A stretch of DNA of 64,000 bases, taken from assembly GCF_030028105.1 (NCBI RefSeq), contig NC_092374.1, forward strand, positions 171,516,432 to 171,580,431, read 5' to 3'. The DNA comes from Mobula birostris (taxonomy: Eukaryota). The position numbers and the translations under genes are program-made. The notes beneath the pieces were generated by a model. The model ran no database searches. It had not been told where the DNA came from and was given only the letters and a program-made list of their open reading frames with translations. Shown here in pieces: positions 12,000-24,544 of this stretch (position 1 is the stretch's first letter; every line of letters starts with the position of its first letter).

Positions 12000-12319
12000 T
12001 GAACTTAGCACCACACAACACAGGTGCATCCCTTCCCATCATTGAAAGTATCCATACGAGGTGCTGCCTCTATCACCAAAGATCCCCACCGTGCAGGTCA
12101 TGCTATCTTCTCCCAATTACCATCGGGCAGGAGGTACAGAAGCCTGAAGTCCCACACCACCAGCTTCAGGAACAAGCCTTTTCTGAAACACCTGCACAAC
12201 CTCATCACTGCCTCAGCATAGCAACAGTATGACCGCTTTGCTCTACTGTGGACTTAATTTTTTTTTTGTTCTAATTATGTTCTTGCTTGTATGATTTATG
12301 TTTAATTGATGTTTTTTTC
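12000..12319 (+). mobile_element. Rex1/Babar 3' fragment
   Basis: AASITKDPH..QLPSGRRYRSLKSHTTSFRN. Confidence 0.85.
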
Positions 12320-12487
12320 TCAGAATGGGGAAGAAATGTGATCTAAGTGACTTTGACCGTGAAATGATTATTAGTGCCAGACAGGGTGGTTTAACTATTT
12401 TTGAAACTGCTGATCTCCTGGGATTTTCACACAGAACAGTCTCTAAGTTTACAGAGTGGTGCGAAACACACAAAAGAAATCCAGTGC
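12320..12487 (+). mobile_element. Tc1 transposase N-terminal fragment
   Basis: MGKKCDLSDFDREMIISARQGGLTIFETADLLGFSH. Confidence 0.85.
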
Positions 12488-12894
12488 TCCGGGTGTTATT
12501 ATCCCTCGCAGTAAAAGACAGCATGCCATTTGGGTTCTGACTACCTACAGCCACACACAAGTTTCTAGGTTTTCTATCCGAAGATATTGACATTTAATGT
12601 TTCAGTTCTGTCTCATAATAAATTTCTAATTCACACATGAATTTCCCTCTGCCAATCCCTGTCTCTACTTCCATATTCCCACTATTGTCTGTCCCCCTGG
12701 AAGCTGATGTTCCCTCTTGCTTTATATTAACAGCTGATCTGGCCACATGGCGATAGATCCTTTCACTAATACTGATCTGTAGCTGAGGCCTGAACACTGA
12801 GCGGACCCACGAGTCACTGTCAGCCACCATGAACCTAATCTGCTCTTTGCTACAACAAGTTATCAGCCACGGTGTCACAGCAAGAGATTCAGCA

Positions 12895-13525
12895 TAGAAC
12901 GAACACCTTGGGGTACTGAGCCTGTGCCAATTATCACCTTCCCATTTGCATTGATCCCTAATTATTCTCCCCACATTCCCATCAACACCCCCCTCCCCGA
13001 ACCTACCCCTCATCTACACACTAGGGGCAATTTACAGCAGCCAATTAACACACCAACCCACATATCTTTAAGATAACGGAGGAAGTATTTCCTATAATGG
13101 GGAAGTCCAGGACAAGAGGGTACAGATTCAGAATACAAGTATGTTCCTTTAGATCAGGAGAAATTTCTTTATCTGTGGAATTCATTGCCAGTCGGCTGCG
13201 GAGGCGAAGTCATTGGGTATCTTTAACGGGGAAACTGATAGGTTCTTGCTTAGTAAGGGCATCAAAAGTTACAAGGAGAAGGCAGGAGAATGGGGTTGAG
13301 AGGGTTAATAAATCAGCTATGATGGAATGATGGAGCAAACCCGATTGGCCAATTGGTCTAATTCTGCTCCTGTGTCTTATGGTATTATAGGGGGAAAACA
13401 CTGGAGAACCCAGAGAAAGCCCACACAGTCACAAGGAGAACGTGCAAACTCCACACAGTCACCACCAGAGGCCAGGGAGGAGTCCAGATCTCTGAAAAGG
13501 TAAGGCAGCCAAAATACTACCTGTG
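12895..13525 (-). mobile_element. V-SINE/HE1-like SINE interrupted by a CR1 3' end (~13075-13385, +)
   Basis: ggagaacgtgcaaactccacacag and ggggcaatttacagcagccaattaac blocks; CR1 SRTRGYR motif and tail. Confidence 0.75.
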
Positions 13526-14785
13526 CCCCCATCCCCCACCCGTCCTTCAGCCAACCATTTATTCTTGTGGAGTATTATCTACAAACCAGTGAAGCTTCAA
13601 CATCACTATGAAACCTCACAGAATCCTCTTTAAAATCCAGAAGTTATTCTGAGCAACTGTGCACCTGCCACTATTTTCCATATCACTCTCCTCATGTCAT
13701 CTACACCCACTCATGAAAAACTAACAGAGATTATATAAGATTAGGCTCTTCTACACAAAGCCATAAAGCATTACAGGCTAAAGGATCAATATTCCTTTTG
13801 GGTCAGATTCGCTCTTTATTCCATTGTTGCTAACTTTCTGGTCTTGCTGGCAAGATCCACTGACACCGGTCCACAGTAGACTCCAAATATCAGCTTACTA
13901 AAACTATGCTTCTGGTAAGGGCAGAGCCAATAACGATCACCCTAATTGGAAACACGGAGTAAAAGTTGAGGCAGAATGGTCTGCTACTCCTGTGTGATGG
14001 AAGCTTGCTGCAATGTTGATGTCATAAAATACGTTCCCTGTTGCTAAGATACTGCAGTTCATGAAATATTGCTTATCTGCACTTCTTACAACCCCTGTGC
14101 TGTGTGATTCTGACTAGCGGCCAAGTGAAGTTACGTGAATGCCAATGATTTCAGGTTTATTTTCACAGTGTTGTCATTCTCTGCAGTTTGCTTAAGTATT
14201 CTGATACTGTACTGTCCATCTCACAATTGGACATCCGTTCCCCTCAATGCAGCACAAGGAGCTTGAAAATCACAAGGGCTAGCTCTAGCCTTTGTGGGCT
14301 CACGAGCTTGGGCCACAGGAGCCGGACACTGGCCGTCTGGGAAGCATGTTGGAAGAACTCGGCTGAATCAGAGACGTCGACCGACCCTCGTTGTCCCACG
14401 GGAGACTGGAAGCCGGACAGCTCCAGAGTTCATTAACAAAGCAAGAGGGAAGTTCCAGCTCTCCAGCCCCAGTGTGTCTTTTGGCACCCGATCACCTGCT
14501 CCTGCTCTTTTGTAGAGCCTTAGAGCAACACAATGTAGATGCAGGCCCTTCAGCCCAACTAGTCCATGCTAACCATTTGCTGATCTAAGCTAGTCCCATT
14601 TGCCTGTATTTGGCCCATGTCCTCTCGTCCTTTCCAATCACGTTAAATGTTGTTAATATACCTGTCTCAACCACCTCCTGTGACAACTTGTTCCATATAG
14701 TGACTATATAGTAATATACAATATTATATCATATTTTTAAATATCTTGCACTATACTGCTGCCACAAACAATAAATTTCATGACA

Positions 14786-15307
14786 CACACTCACACACCT
14801 CCTGCACCTACTAAAGTGGCCACTAAGTGTATGCCCATGGTCTTTTGTTGCTGCAGCCCATCCATTTCAAGTTTCGACATGTTGTGTGTTCAGAGATGCT
14901 GTTCTGCACACCACTGTTGTGTCACATGATTATATGGGTTACTGTCACCTTCCTGTCAGCTTGAACCAATTTGGCCATTCTCCCCTGACCTCGCTCATTA
15001 ACAAGGCATTTTCGCCCTCAGAAATGTCGCTCACTGAATGTTTTTCTTTTGTTTTTCTCATCATTCTCTGTAAACTCTGGAGACTGTTGTGCATGAAAAT
15101 CCCAGGCGATCAGCAGCTTCTGAGATACTCAAACCACCCCGTCTGGCACCAACAATCATTCCACGGCCAAAGTCATTTAGATCATACTTCTTCCCCATTC
15201 TGATGTTTGGGCTGAACAACAAATGAACCTCTTGACCATATCTGCACGTGATCGGCTGATTAATTATTTGCTTTAACAAGGTGTACTTAATAAAGTGGCC
15301 ACTGACC
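14786..15307 (-). mobile_element. Tc1 non-autonomous element inserted into a Rex1 tail
   Basis: MGKKYDLNDFGRGMIVGARRGGLSISEAAD; TIR taataaagtggccactga at ~15288-15305. Confidence 0.85.
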
Positions 15308-15499
15308 GCATGTCATAATAATAAATGATTCTGATTCAGATCACCCTCTGAGATATTGCCCCTCAGTTCCCTTGTAAATCTTTCCCCTCTCACCTTAAAC
15401 GCATTGTCCCTAGTTTTTGATGTCCCTTCCCTGGACTTGACATAGCGGCAGCAACCTTGCACCAGGTCATGGTGAGGCTCAGAACTCCCAGCACCTTCG

Positions 15500-15955
15500 C
15501 TGCACAGCTCTCGAGTGTGATGGAATTCTCTCCTTTTACTTGGCTGAGTGAGGGTCAAGAGGCCCGGCCCCATTCAGAGTGAAGCATCTCACCCGCTCAA
15601 TCCGCCATTCCCTTTGCTATTTGCGCACGGCAGCTGCGGTGTGCACCATCCACAGACTGCACTGCAGTTACTCACCCAGGCTACCTCCAACAGCTCCTCC
15701 CAAACCCACCAGCTCTCCCACTGAGAAGGTCGAGGGCTGCAGGTAAACAGGAACTCCAGCAGCCCCATGTTCCAAACCCCACTCTCTAACCTGGAAATAT
15801 ATCACCGGCCCTTCATCATCCCCGAGGAACAACCTTCACCTTAGGGATTGCAAGTTTCAAAAGAGAAGCTAACCACCATCTCCTCGAGGGTGATTAATGG
15901 TGGCGATTAGAGGGTGTCTTTGGCCTCAGCAGTGATGCCCACATCACAAGAATTA
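15500..15955 (+). mobile_element. Ancient LINE (CR1/L2 group) 3' end; related copy at ~43335-43565
   Basis: gtgtgcaccatccacagactgcactgcag...ctggaaatatatcacc...gatgcccacatc pattern recalled from shark LINE 3' ends. Confidence 0.55.
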
Positions 15956-16159
15956 ACTTTAGAGCAGTGCTTTGTCTTGTTCTCAATATCCAACGTGTAC
16001 ATTAAACCACAAGCAGGAAATATTTGTCCAGGCGAAGGGTTTCTACCTGAAATGTAGACTATCCAGTTCCCTCCATGGATGATTCCTGACCCACTGAGTC
16101 CCCCGCAGAGCTTTTAGTTGTGCTCCAGTCTCCAACGTCTGCAGTCTCCTGACATTCCA

Positions 16160-17584
16160 AGCAACACACACTGGAGGAACTCAGCAGGTCAGGCAGCATC
16201 TATGGAAAAGAGTACAGTCAACATTTCGGGCTGAAACCCTTCGGCAGGACTGGAGAAAAAAATGAGGAGTCAGAGCTGGAAGTCGGGGGGAGTGGAGGAA
16301 GAAACACAAGGTGATAGGTGAAACCGGGGGGGGGGGGGGGGAGTGGTGTAGTAGAGAGCTGGGAAGTTGATTGAAAGAGATACAGGGCTGGAGAAGGGGG
16401 AGTCTGATAGGAGAGGACAGAAGGCCTTGGAAGAAAGAGAAGGTGGAGGAGCACCAGAGGGAGGCAATGGCCAGGTAAGGAGATAAGGTGAGAGAGGGGA
16501 AAAGGGATGGGGAATAGAGAAGGGGGGCCATTACCGGAAGTTAGAGAAATCGATGTTCATGCCATCAGGTTGAAGGCTACCCAGACGAAATATAAGGTGT
16601 TGTTCATCCAACCTGAGTGTGGCCTCATCGTGGCAGTGGAGGAGGCTATGGATACTCATGGTGGAATGGGAATGGGAATGGGAAGTGGAATTATAATGGG
16701 TAGCCACTGGGAGATCCCGCTTTTCCTGGTGGATGGAGCATAGATGCTCAGCGAAGCGGTCTCCCAATCTACGTTGGGCCTCACCGATATATAGGAGGCC
16801 GCACCTGGAGCACGGATACAGTAGATGACCCCAACAGACTCACAAGTGAAGTGTCGCCTCACCTGGAAGGACTATTTGGGGCCCTGAATGGTAGTGAGGG
16901 AAGAGGTGTAGGGGCAGGTGTAGCACTTGTTCCACTTGCAAGGATAAGTGCCAGGAGGGAGATCAGTGGGGAAGGATGAATAGACAAGGGGAGTTGCGTA
17001 GGGAGCAATCCCTGCAGAAAGTAGGTAGCCTCCAACCTGATGGCATGAACATCAATTTCTCAAACATCTGGTAATGCTCCCTCTTTCTCTATTCCCCATC
17101 CCTTTCTCCCTCTTTCACCATATCTCCTTGTCTGCCCATCGCCTCCCTCTGGTGCTCCTCCCCCTTTTTCTTTCTTCCATGGCCTTCTGTCCCCTCCTAT
17201 CAGACTCCCCCTTCTCCAACACACATCAAAGTTGCTGGTGAACGCAGCAGGCCAGGCAGCATCTGTAGGAAGAGGTGCAGTCGACGTTTCGGGCCGAGAC
17301 CCTTCGTCAGGACTAACTTCTCCAGCCCTGTATCTCTTTCACAAATCAACTTCCTATCTCTTTACTTCACCCCTCCCCACCTCCCAGTCTCACCTATCAC
17401 CTTGTGTTTCTTCCTCTCCTCCCCCCACTCCTCGTCCTTTTTTTTCTCCAGTCCTGATGAAAGGTCTCGGCCCAAAGCGTCGACTGTATTCTTTTCCATT
17501 GATGCTCTGCCTGGTCTGCCGAGCTCCTCCAATATTTTGTGTGAGTGTTGCTTGGATTTCCAGCATCTGCAGATTTCCTTTTGT
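16160..17584 (-). mobile_element. Penelope-like element: GIY-YIG endonuclease C-terminus plus pLTR (16160-~17020, minus) and inverted pLTR (~17021-17584, plus)
   Basis: FTCESVGVIYCI, GDRFAEHL..LPVATHYNS..EQHLIFRLGSLQPDGMNIDF; 13-bp TSD tcctgacattcca/tcctgacgttcca (16147-16159, 17585-17597); hammerhead motif in each pLTR. Confidence 0.9.
17278..17315 (-). ncRNA. Minimal type I hammerhead ribozyme with intact core
   Basis: Minus strand: uaguc-CUGACGA-a-gggucucggccc-GAAA-c-GUC^gacug; stem I and stem II pair; stem III reduced to the palindrome ACGU. Confidence 0.8.
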
Positions 17585-18439
17585 TCCTGACGTTCCATGA
17601 AGTGTTTGAAAATACCACACATTTTGCTGTGAAGGATGAGATACTGAAGTAGTCCTGTCTTCTCTCTGTAAAAGTGGACAACTTTGCCCTGTGACCTTGA
17701 GCATCATTTGACCTCCAACCTACTGACTGCAGTAACACAGTTGATCTAGTCCTTGTTGTTGGCGGGAGAGAGCTGTGCGCAAATTGGCTGTCGTGGGACA
17801 GCAGCGAAGGCACGTCACGGGTATTTTGCTGGTTCTGGGACCCCCCCTTGACGTTGTCAAAGGCATTGTTGATACAGAATTTCGTGTATAACAACACAAG
17901 GCTGCTGCTGTACAAGCTACTAGCTGTAACCTTTGGGGACCATGTGACAGGAATAACAATCTGCAGCCAGCCCTGCTGCTTTATCACAAAGCTCTTTGCA
18001 TGAGTGTTAACCGTACAGAGTTCGTGCATTATTCTTACCACCACGTCATTACTCCCAGTCCTCTGGTTCCTCCCCCAGAACAAACGTGTATAGATTGGAC
18101 AGTTAATTGCCTGCTGTAATTTATTACCACTTTAGTTAAGTTGTAAAACAATCTATCATGGAAGAGTTTCAGGGCCACAGGAAAAGAGGCAGGCGAAAGC
18201 CATTACGGGCCAAATAGCTTCAATCTGTCATACAGTACTTCAGCACTGAAAACACACCCTTCAGCCCATCTCATTGGAGGAGGATATCATTTTAAGGAGG
18301 TTGGGAGAAGTTATGGGGGATGTCCGAGCTAGGTTTTTTACAGAGAGTGGTGGGTACATGGAACGCACTGCCAGAGCTGGTAGGAGAGGCAGATACACTA
18401 GGGCATTTCAGAAAATCTTACATAGGCACATGAATGATA

Positions 18440-19020
18440 GAACACTGAGGCTGTCTACAAGAAGGGTCAGAGCAGTCTCTATTTCCTGAGGAGACTGAGG
18501 TCCTTTAACATCTGTCGGATGATGCTGAAGAGGTTCTACGAGTCTGTGGTGGCCAGTGCGATCATGTTTGCTGTTGGTGTGCTGGGCAGCAGACACCAAC
18601 AGAATCAACAAACTCATTCATAAGGCCAGTGATGTTGTGGGGATGGAACTGGACTCTCTGACGGTGGTGTCTGAAAAGAGGATGCTGTCCAAGTTGCATG
18701 CCATCTTGGACAATGTCTCCCATCCACTACATAATGTACAGGTTGGGCACAGTAGTACATTCAGCCAGAGACTCATTCCACCGAGATACAACACAGAGCG
18801 TCATAGGAAGTCATTTCTGCCAGTGGCCATCAAACTTTACAATTCCTCCCTTGGAGGGTCAGACACCCTGAGCAACAGGCTGGCCCTGGACTTATTTCCT
18901 GGCATAATTTACATATTACTATTTAACTATTTATGACTTTATTACTATTTAATTATTTATGGTGCAACTGTAATGAAAACCAATTTCCCTCGGGATCAAT
19001 AAAGTATGACTATGATTATG
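18440..19020 (+). mobile_element. Rex1/Babar 3' end (second subfamily; tail also at ~22933-22975)
   Basis: YKKGQSSLYFLRRLRSFNI..FYESVVASAI; RHRKSFLPVAIKLYN; tail caataaagtatgactatgattatg. Confidence 0.85.
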
Positions 19021-19669
19021 TTAGGTAGAAGGGGAAATTTATTTATTTATTTGTTTATTTGTTTTGAATTACAGTACAGAGTAAGCCCTTCACCCCAGCC
19101 ACCCCAATTATCAAACTAAAAAGATAGTTTGATCCTAGGGCAGGTCAAAAGGTCGACATAACACTGTGGGCCAAAAGGCCGACACTGTGCTGTTCTATTC
19201 TATGCCCTACATCCCAGTCTGTGCTGAACTGATCTCCTGTCCAGACCTGTCTACCTGCCCAAGCCCACTTTCCTCCAAAACCCTGCCATCCAAACTTCCC
19301 TTCATTGTTATAATTTTAACCCGCGCCCACCACTTCCACTGACAGCTCATTCCACACTCGCGCTACCCTCTGAGTGAAGAAGTTTCCCTCAGACTCACCT
19401 TTCCACCCTAAACCTGTGACCTCTGGTTCGGGTCTCACCCAACACGAGGGTAAAAGTTTGCATGCGTTCACCATTTCTATACCCCTCATAATTTCCTACA
19501 CCTCGATAAGATCTCCGCTCATTCTTCTGTACGCCAGGGAATAAAATCCTGACATTCAACCCTTCCCTTTTGCTGTGCATAAATGAGTAAACTACCCCTG
19601 TCAATTATCATTGATTATCCCATGTATGACCTGTCAATCAGCAAGGGGTGAAATGGCAGTTCAAAACAG

Positions 19670-20440
19670 TTCAAGATGTTCAAAGATCAAACTTCAAAGT
19701 AAACCTGGTATCGAAATACTTATATGTCACCATATACTACTTTGAGATTCATTTTCTCACGGGCATTTACGGTGCAAAGAAAAGAAATTCAGTAGAATTT
19801 AGAATACCAGCACCACAGTAGCGAGGCAGTTAGCGTAAAAGCATAGTAGCGTCCTGCCGAAGGGTTTCGGCCTGAAATGTCAACTGTGCTTTTCCATAGA
19901 TGCTGCCTGGCCTGCTGAGCTCCTCCAGCATTTTGTGTGTGCTGCTCGGATTCCCAGCATCTGCAGATTTTCTCTTTTGTAATGCTATTACAGCATGGGC
20001 ACTCTGGAATCCAGAGTTTAGATCTGGTGCTGTTCTGTATGGAGTCTCTGTACGTCCTCCCCGTGGAATGCCTGGGTTTGTTCCCTGTTTCCTCCACAGT
20101 CCAAAGGCGTACCGGATAGGTCAACTGGTCATGGTAAGTTGTCCTGTGATTAGGTTAGGGTTAATTGGGATTGTAGGGTTGTTGGGGCAGCAGGGCTTAA
20201 AGGGCGGGAAGGGCCTACAACGAGCTGAATCACTAAATAAATGAATAAATTTATGAAAAACTGTATTTAACAAAGTCTGAAAAGCATTCAATATGCAAAA
20301 GAGAACAAATCATGCAAATAATACATTTTTAAAAAGTAATGATTAATACTGAGTTGTAGAGTCCTTGAAAGTAAGCGTGGAATCAGTTCAGCATTGAGGT
20401 GAGTGAAGTTATTCATGCTGATTCAGGAGCTTGATGGTTG
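19670..20440 (-). mobile_element. Rex1 3' UTR containing a V-SINE (~19808-20250, +), which itself contains a PLE hammerhead insert (19851-19978, +)
   Basis: Similar to 100-480; SINE head and V-domain; gtc-ctgccga-agggtttcggcct-gaaa-tgtc. Confidence 0.8.
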
Positions 20441-21335
20441 TAGGTGGCCAGGTTTGGGGATGATACAAAGATAGGTGAAGGGGCAGGTAGTGTTGAAGGA
20501 GAAGGGAGGCTGCAGAAGGAGTCAGATGGACTTGGAGAATGGGCAAAGAAGTGGCAGATAGAATACAGTGTAGGAAGTGTATGGACATGTACTTTGGTAG
20601 AATGAATAAAGGCATAGACTATTTTCCCTATGGGGGACAAACTTGGAAATCAGAAATGCAATGGGACTTGGGACTCCTAGTGTAGGATATCCTAAAGGTT
20701 AACTTGCAGGTTGAGTCGGTGATAAGGAAGCCAAATGAAATATTAGCATTCATTTCAAGAGGACGAGAATATAAAAGCAAGGATATAATGTCGAGGATTT
20801 ACAGGGCATTGGCCTGACAAGACAGAATGTGCTGACATTGCAGGAGGCTCCAGAGCAGAATCACAAAAATGAATCCCAGAATGAAAGGGTTAACTTATGA
20901 GGAGCGTTTGATAGCTCTGGGCTTCTATTCACTGGAGTTTAGAAGAATGAGGGGGGAATCGCATTGAAATCTATCTAATCTTGAAAGGTCTAGATAGAGT
21001 GGATTAGGAGAGGGTATTTCCCATAGCGGGTGTATCTGGGACCAGAGGGCACAGCCTCAGAATACAAGGACGTCCCTTTAGAACAGAGATGAGGACAAAT
21101 TTTAGTTAGAACGTAGTGAATCTATGGAATTCACTGCCACAGGTGGCTGTGGAGGACAAGTCATTGAGTATATTTAAAAACAGAGGTTGATAAGTTCTTG
21201 ATTAGTCAGGGCATCAAGGGCTATGAGAAGAGAAGGGAGAATGGGCTTTAGAGGGATCATAAAATACCCAGGATGGAATGGCAGAGCAGACTCGACGGGC
21301 CGAATGGCCTAATTCTTTTCCGCTATCTTCTGGTT
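20432..21335 (+). mobile_element. CR1 LINE, 5'-truncated at the RT
   Basis: FGDDTKIG, WAKKWQ, LGFYSLEFRRMRG, VVNLWNSLPQ, 3' UTR. Confidence 0.9.
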
Positions 21336-21689
21336 TTAGGGTCTTATTTTGATAGAGACGGCAGTTCTGAGGTACACTGCAGTCTCTGTATGACCTTCTG
21401 ATCAAACAGGAAAGACATGTACATGAAAGTACAAAATCTTTACCCCTCCACACATGTACAGAGCTCGACTCACCAGTGCCAGATGGAGAGTGAGTCACTC
21501 ACTAAACTGGTTACATTAAATTATTGAAGGAGAATTCTGCAAGGATGGTCAGCTCTCTTGGCATCTGAAAACTGGGATGAATTGTTTGTAATCGGCCTTT
21601 TGAATCGACTGCCCGGAGAGAAAGTTCCATTTTCTTACAGCAATGCTTTCTTTTCAACTGATGCAAAAGAAAACGCCTGGCTGTCTCAG

Positions 21690-21830
21690 GGACAAGAGAT
21701 TCTGTGGATACTGGAAATCTTGAGCAATGAGCACAAAATGCTGGAGACACTCAGCGGGTCAGGCTGTTGGCTGATTATTCCCCTCCATGGATGTTGCTGA
21801 GTTCCTCCAGCATCTTATGTGTATTGCTCC
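21690..21830. mobile_element. Old PLE pLTR fold-back remnant
   Basis: cacaaaatgctggag...ctcagc and gctgagttcctccagcatc inverted arms. Confidence 0.7.
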
Positions 21831-22754
21831 TGAGTGTCTCAGTCAGGTCACCCATCAGCCTTCTCTTTCCCAGGAAAGAAGCTACAGCCCATTCCATCCT
21901 TCCTGATCGGTTCAGCATCTCAGTCCTGGAATGCTGTCACGCATGGCCCCTGGGATTCTGGCTGTGACCCAAGCCTTTATGTTGCTGTACAGTGCCTCAC
22001 GCTTCTTCGTTGTCGAAACCTAAGCAACCACGCGTACATCAAGTTTTATTGATCTGTGTACGTTGATTAATTTCAGTTCCCTGCCCTGATCAATGGCAGT
22101 AATGCAACACCATCAGCAATTCCCTCAATAACCACAATATCCCCTGGCTGACTGTCCTGTTTAAAGCTATTTACCACACAAAATCAAACCTGATCCCTCC
22201 GAAGGGAATAGCACCAGCCTGATTGCTTCCCAGTGCTTAACACAGCCAGGTGGCAGCTCAGCTGGTGAAGGGAAGAAGCAGGAAAACAAGTCAAATGCAC
22301 TTCCTTCAAGTTAGGATTTAGGATATCCCAAACCTCTTCACACCAGGTGAGATTTTTAATTTTTGCAGTGTGCAATTTATAGGGGGCACAGATAAGGTGG
22401 AGATTTTTTCACAGGATAGGTAATCCAAAACTAAGAGGCGTAAATTCAGGGTGAGAGGGGAGAGATTTAAAAGTGACCTGAGGAGTGATGTTTTCATGCC
22501 GAGGATGCGTAGTGTCTGGAAGTAGTTCAGGCAGATACAATAGTATGATTTAAGGAGCATTTAGATGGGTGTATGGAGGGGCAACAATGGGCCAAATGCA
22601 GGAAATTGGGACTGGCTGTGGTCAGTATGGACGGGTCAGGCTGAAGGGCCTGAACACCTGCTGCATTGCTGTGTGACCCTATGTTGGTGAGCTGGGACCA
22701 GAAGGCAGTTTCTGCACAGCTGGCACCTACTGATGTGACAGTGGGCAAATATCT

Positions 22755-22895
22755 TCTGTGTTGACTAGGGGATGAAAATATTGGCCAGATACTGAGACAG
22801 CCGCAATTGATCTTATTGGATCAGCTTTATGGAACCTTGTCATGACCATCTGGGAGTGGAGATAGGACCTTGGTCCGAAGTCTCATGCATGGAGA
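22755..22895 (-). mobile_element. DeuSINE (SacSINE1/AmnSINE1-like) central-domain relic
   Basis: ggatgaaaatattggccag...ccatctgggagtggagataggaccttggtccgaagtctcat resembles the Deu-domain consensus from memory. Confidence 0.5.
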
Positions 22896-23809
22896 GAAGA
22901 TCATCCCATTGCTCCCATAAGATGCTGGAGGAAACCAGTTCCCCCCAGGATCAATAAAGCATGACTATGACTATGCGCAAGGCACTGCAGTGGTACATAG
23001 CTTCATAGAGTCTATGTATGGAAACTGGCCCTTCAGCTTGGCCAAATCGTCCATGCAGACTGCGTGGCACAGTGAGCTATTTCCACCTGCCCACTTTTGG
23101 CCCATTGTCCTAGATAACTTTTAAAGGTTGCTAATGTGACCACCTCACCCATTATTCCTGGCGGCTCATTCCAAATGTACACAACCCTCAGCCTGAAGAA
23201 GCTGCCCCTGACATCCCATTTAAATCTCTCACCTCTGATCTTAAACCTATGTCCTTTTTGTTTTTGAACCTCTCCCTGGGAAGAACACTATGTACTTCCA
23301 TCCTTTCTAAGACTATCACTATCTTATATACCTCTATCAGGTTACCTGTCAATCTCCTATATCTACCCAACCTCTCTTCCCAAGTCCAGACAACATCCTG
23401 GTAAATCTACCTGGCACTCTTTCTAGTTTAGAATATAGAAAATAGAATGTGGAATGTCCAACATAGAACGGAACAGGACAGTACATGCCTTTCAGCCCAA
23501 GATGTTGTACTGATATTTTAACCTACACCAAGATCAATTTAATCCTTCCCTCCCACATAGTCCTCCATTTTTCTTTCATCTATGTGCCTATCTAAGAGTC
23601 TCTTAAATGTCCTTAATGTATTTGCCTCTACCACCACCCCTGTCAGTGCATTGCCCCCTATACTTTTCTCCAATCATCTTAAAATTAAGCCTTCTCATAT
23701 TAGTCATGTCCACCCTGGCAAAAAATGCACCCTGGCAGGTCATGTCTGCTCTATCTATGCCTCTTATCATCCTATACACTTCTCTTAAGTCAGCTCTCGT
23801 CCTCCCTGA

Positions 23810-24544
23810 AAGATGGCGGTGCACTTGATCACAGCGGCGACTCCGTGCCCAACAAAGGTGTAATTGTTCATCCTTCATGTCTATTTTCTATGATCACAAG
23901 GCACTGCTGATTATCAAGAACATCAGGGTCCTGCAGGTCTAACCCATTGCTCTATAGTGATGGAGCCAGATTTAATATGTGCCATTGTTGTGCCAATGTT
24001 GCCTGGACTAGCTGCGTACCATTGTGCTGAGGTGGTGCGCAGTCAAAAGAACAGCGCAAGTGATTATCTTGGATATTGTCTTGTTATTGCAAGACTCTGT
24101 TGCCCATTGGTAATATAGAGTACTGAAAGTCCAGTTCACAGGTTCAGTGGTGAGGTCGATGGTGACGGAGCTGCGTTGCCCTGGTTGTGGCACAGACGAG
24201 GTCCTCAGGCTGTGGTGCAGTCAGTTGCAGACGCTGAGACGGCATGGGAGAGAGCTGAGGCCTCTGTGGTAGCGCTGGAGTCCGTGCTGGGGGCTGACCC
24301 CTCCCATCAGTGCTGCCCTCTAGTGTTCACTCGGTGATAGAACAAGCTGGGCCAGGACATCATCCCACGCACCATCATTTTACAGGCCATGCCATTCAGG
24401 GTCTTTTGTGATTGTATGTATTTTGTTATCATAACCATATGTGCAAGGTGGTGTTGGTAATGTGATTTGCACCGTGGCACTGGAGGAACGCTGTTTTGTT
24501 TGGTTATACTCATATATGGTTGAATGACAATTGACCTTGAACTT
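23810..24544 (+). mobile_element. Non-coding Rex1-tail retroposon; related copy at ~59551-60320 (-)
   Basis: Starts aagatggcgg, ends gttgaatgacaattgaccttgaact; no RT ORF; shares ggggctgacccctccca with 59884-59900. Confidence 0.6.

Noticed and set aside
13855-13914. 60-nt plus-strand exon candidate with gtaagg donor
   Set aside because: Stops in all three frames; no support as CDS
14188-14515. Overlapping ORFs in a CpG-rich unique patch
   Set aside because: No homology recognised and no convincing exon boundaries
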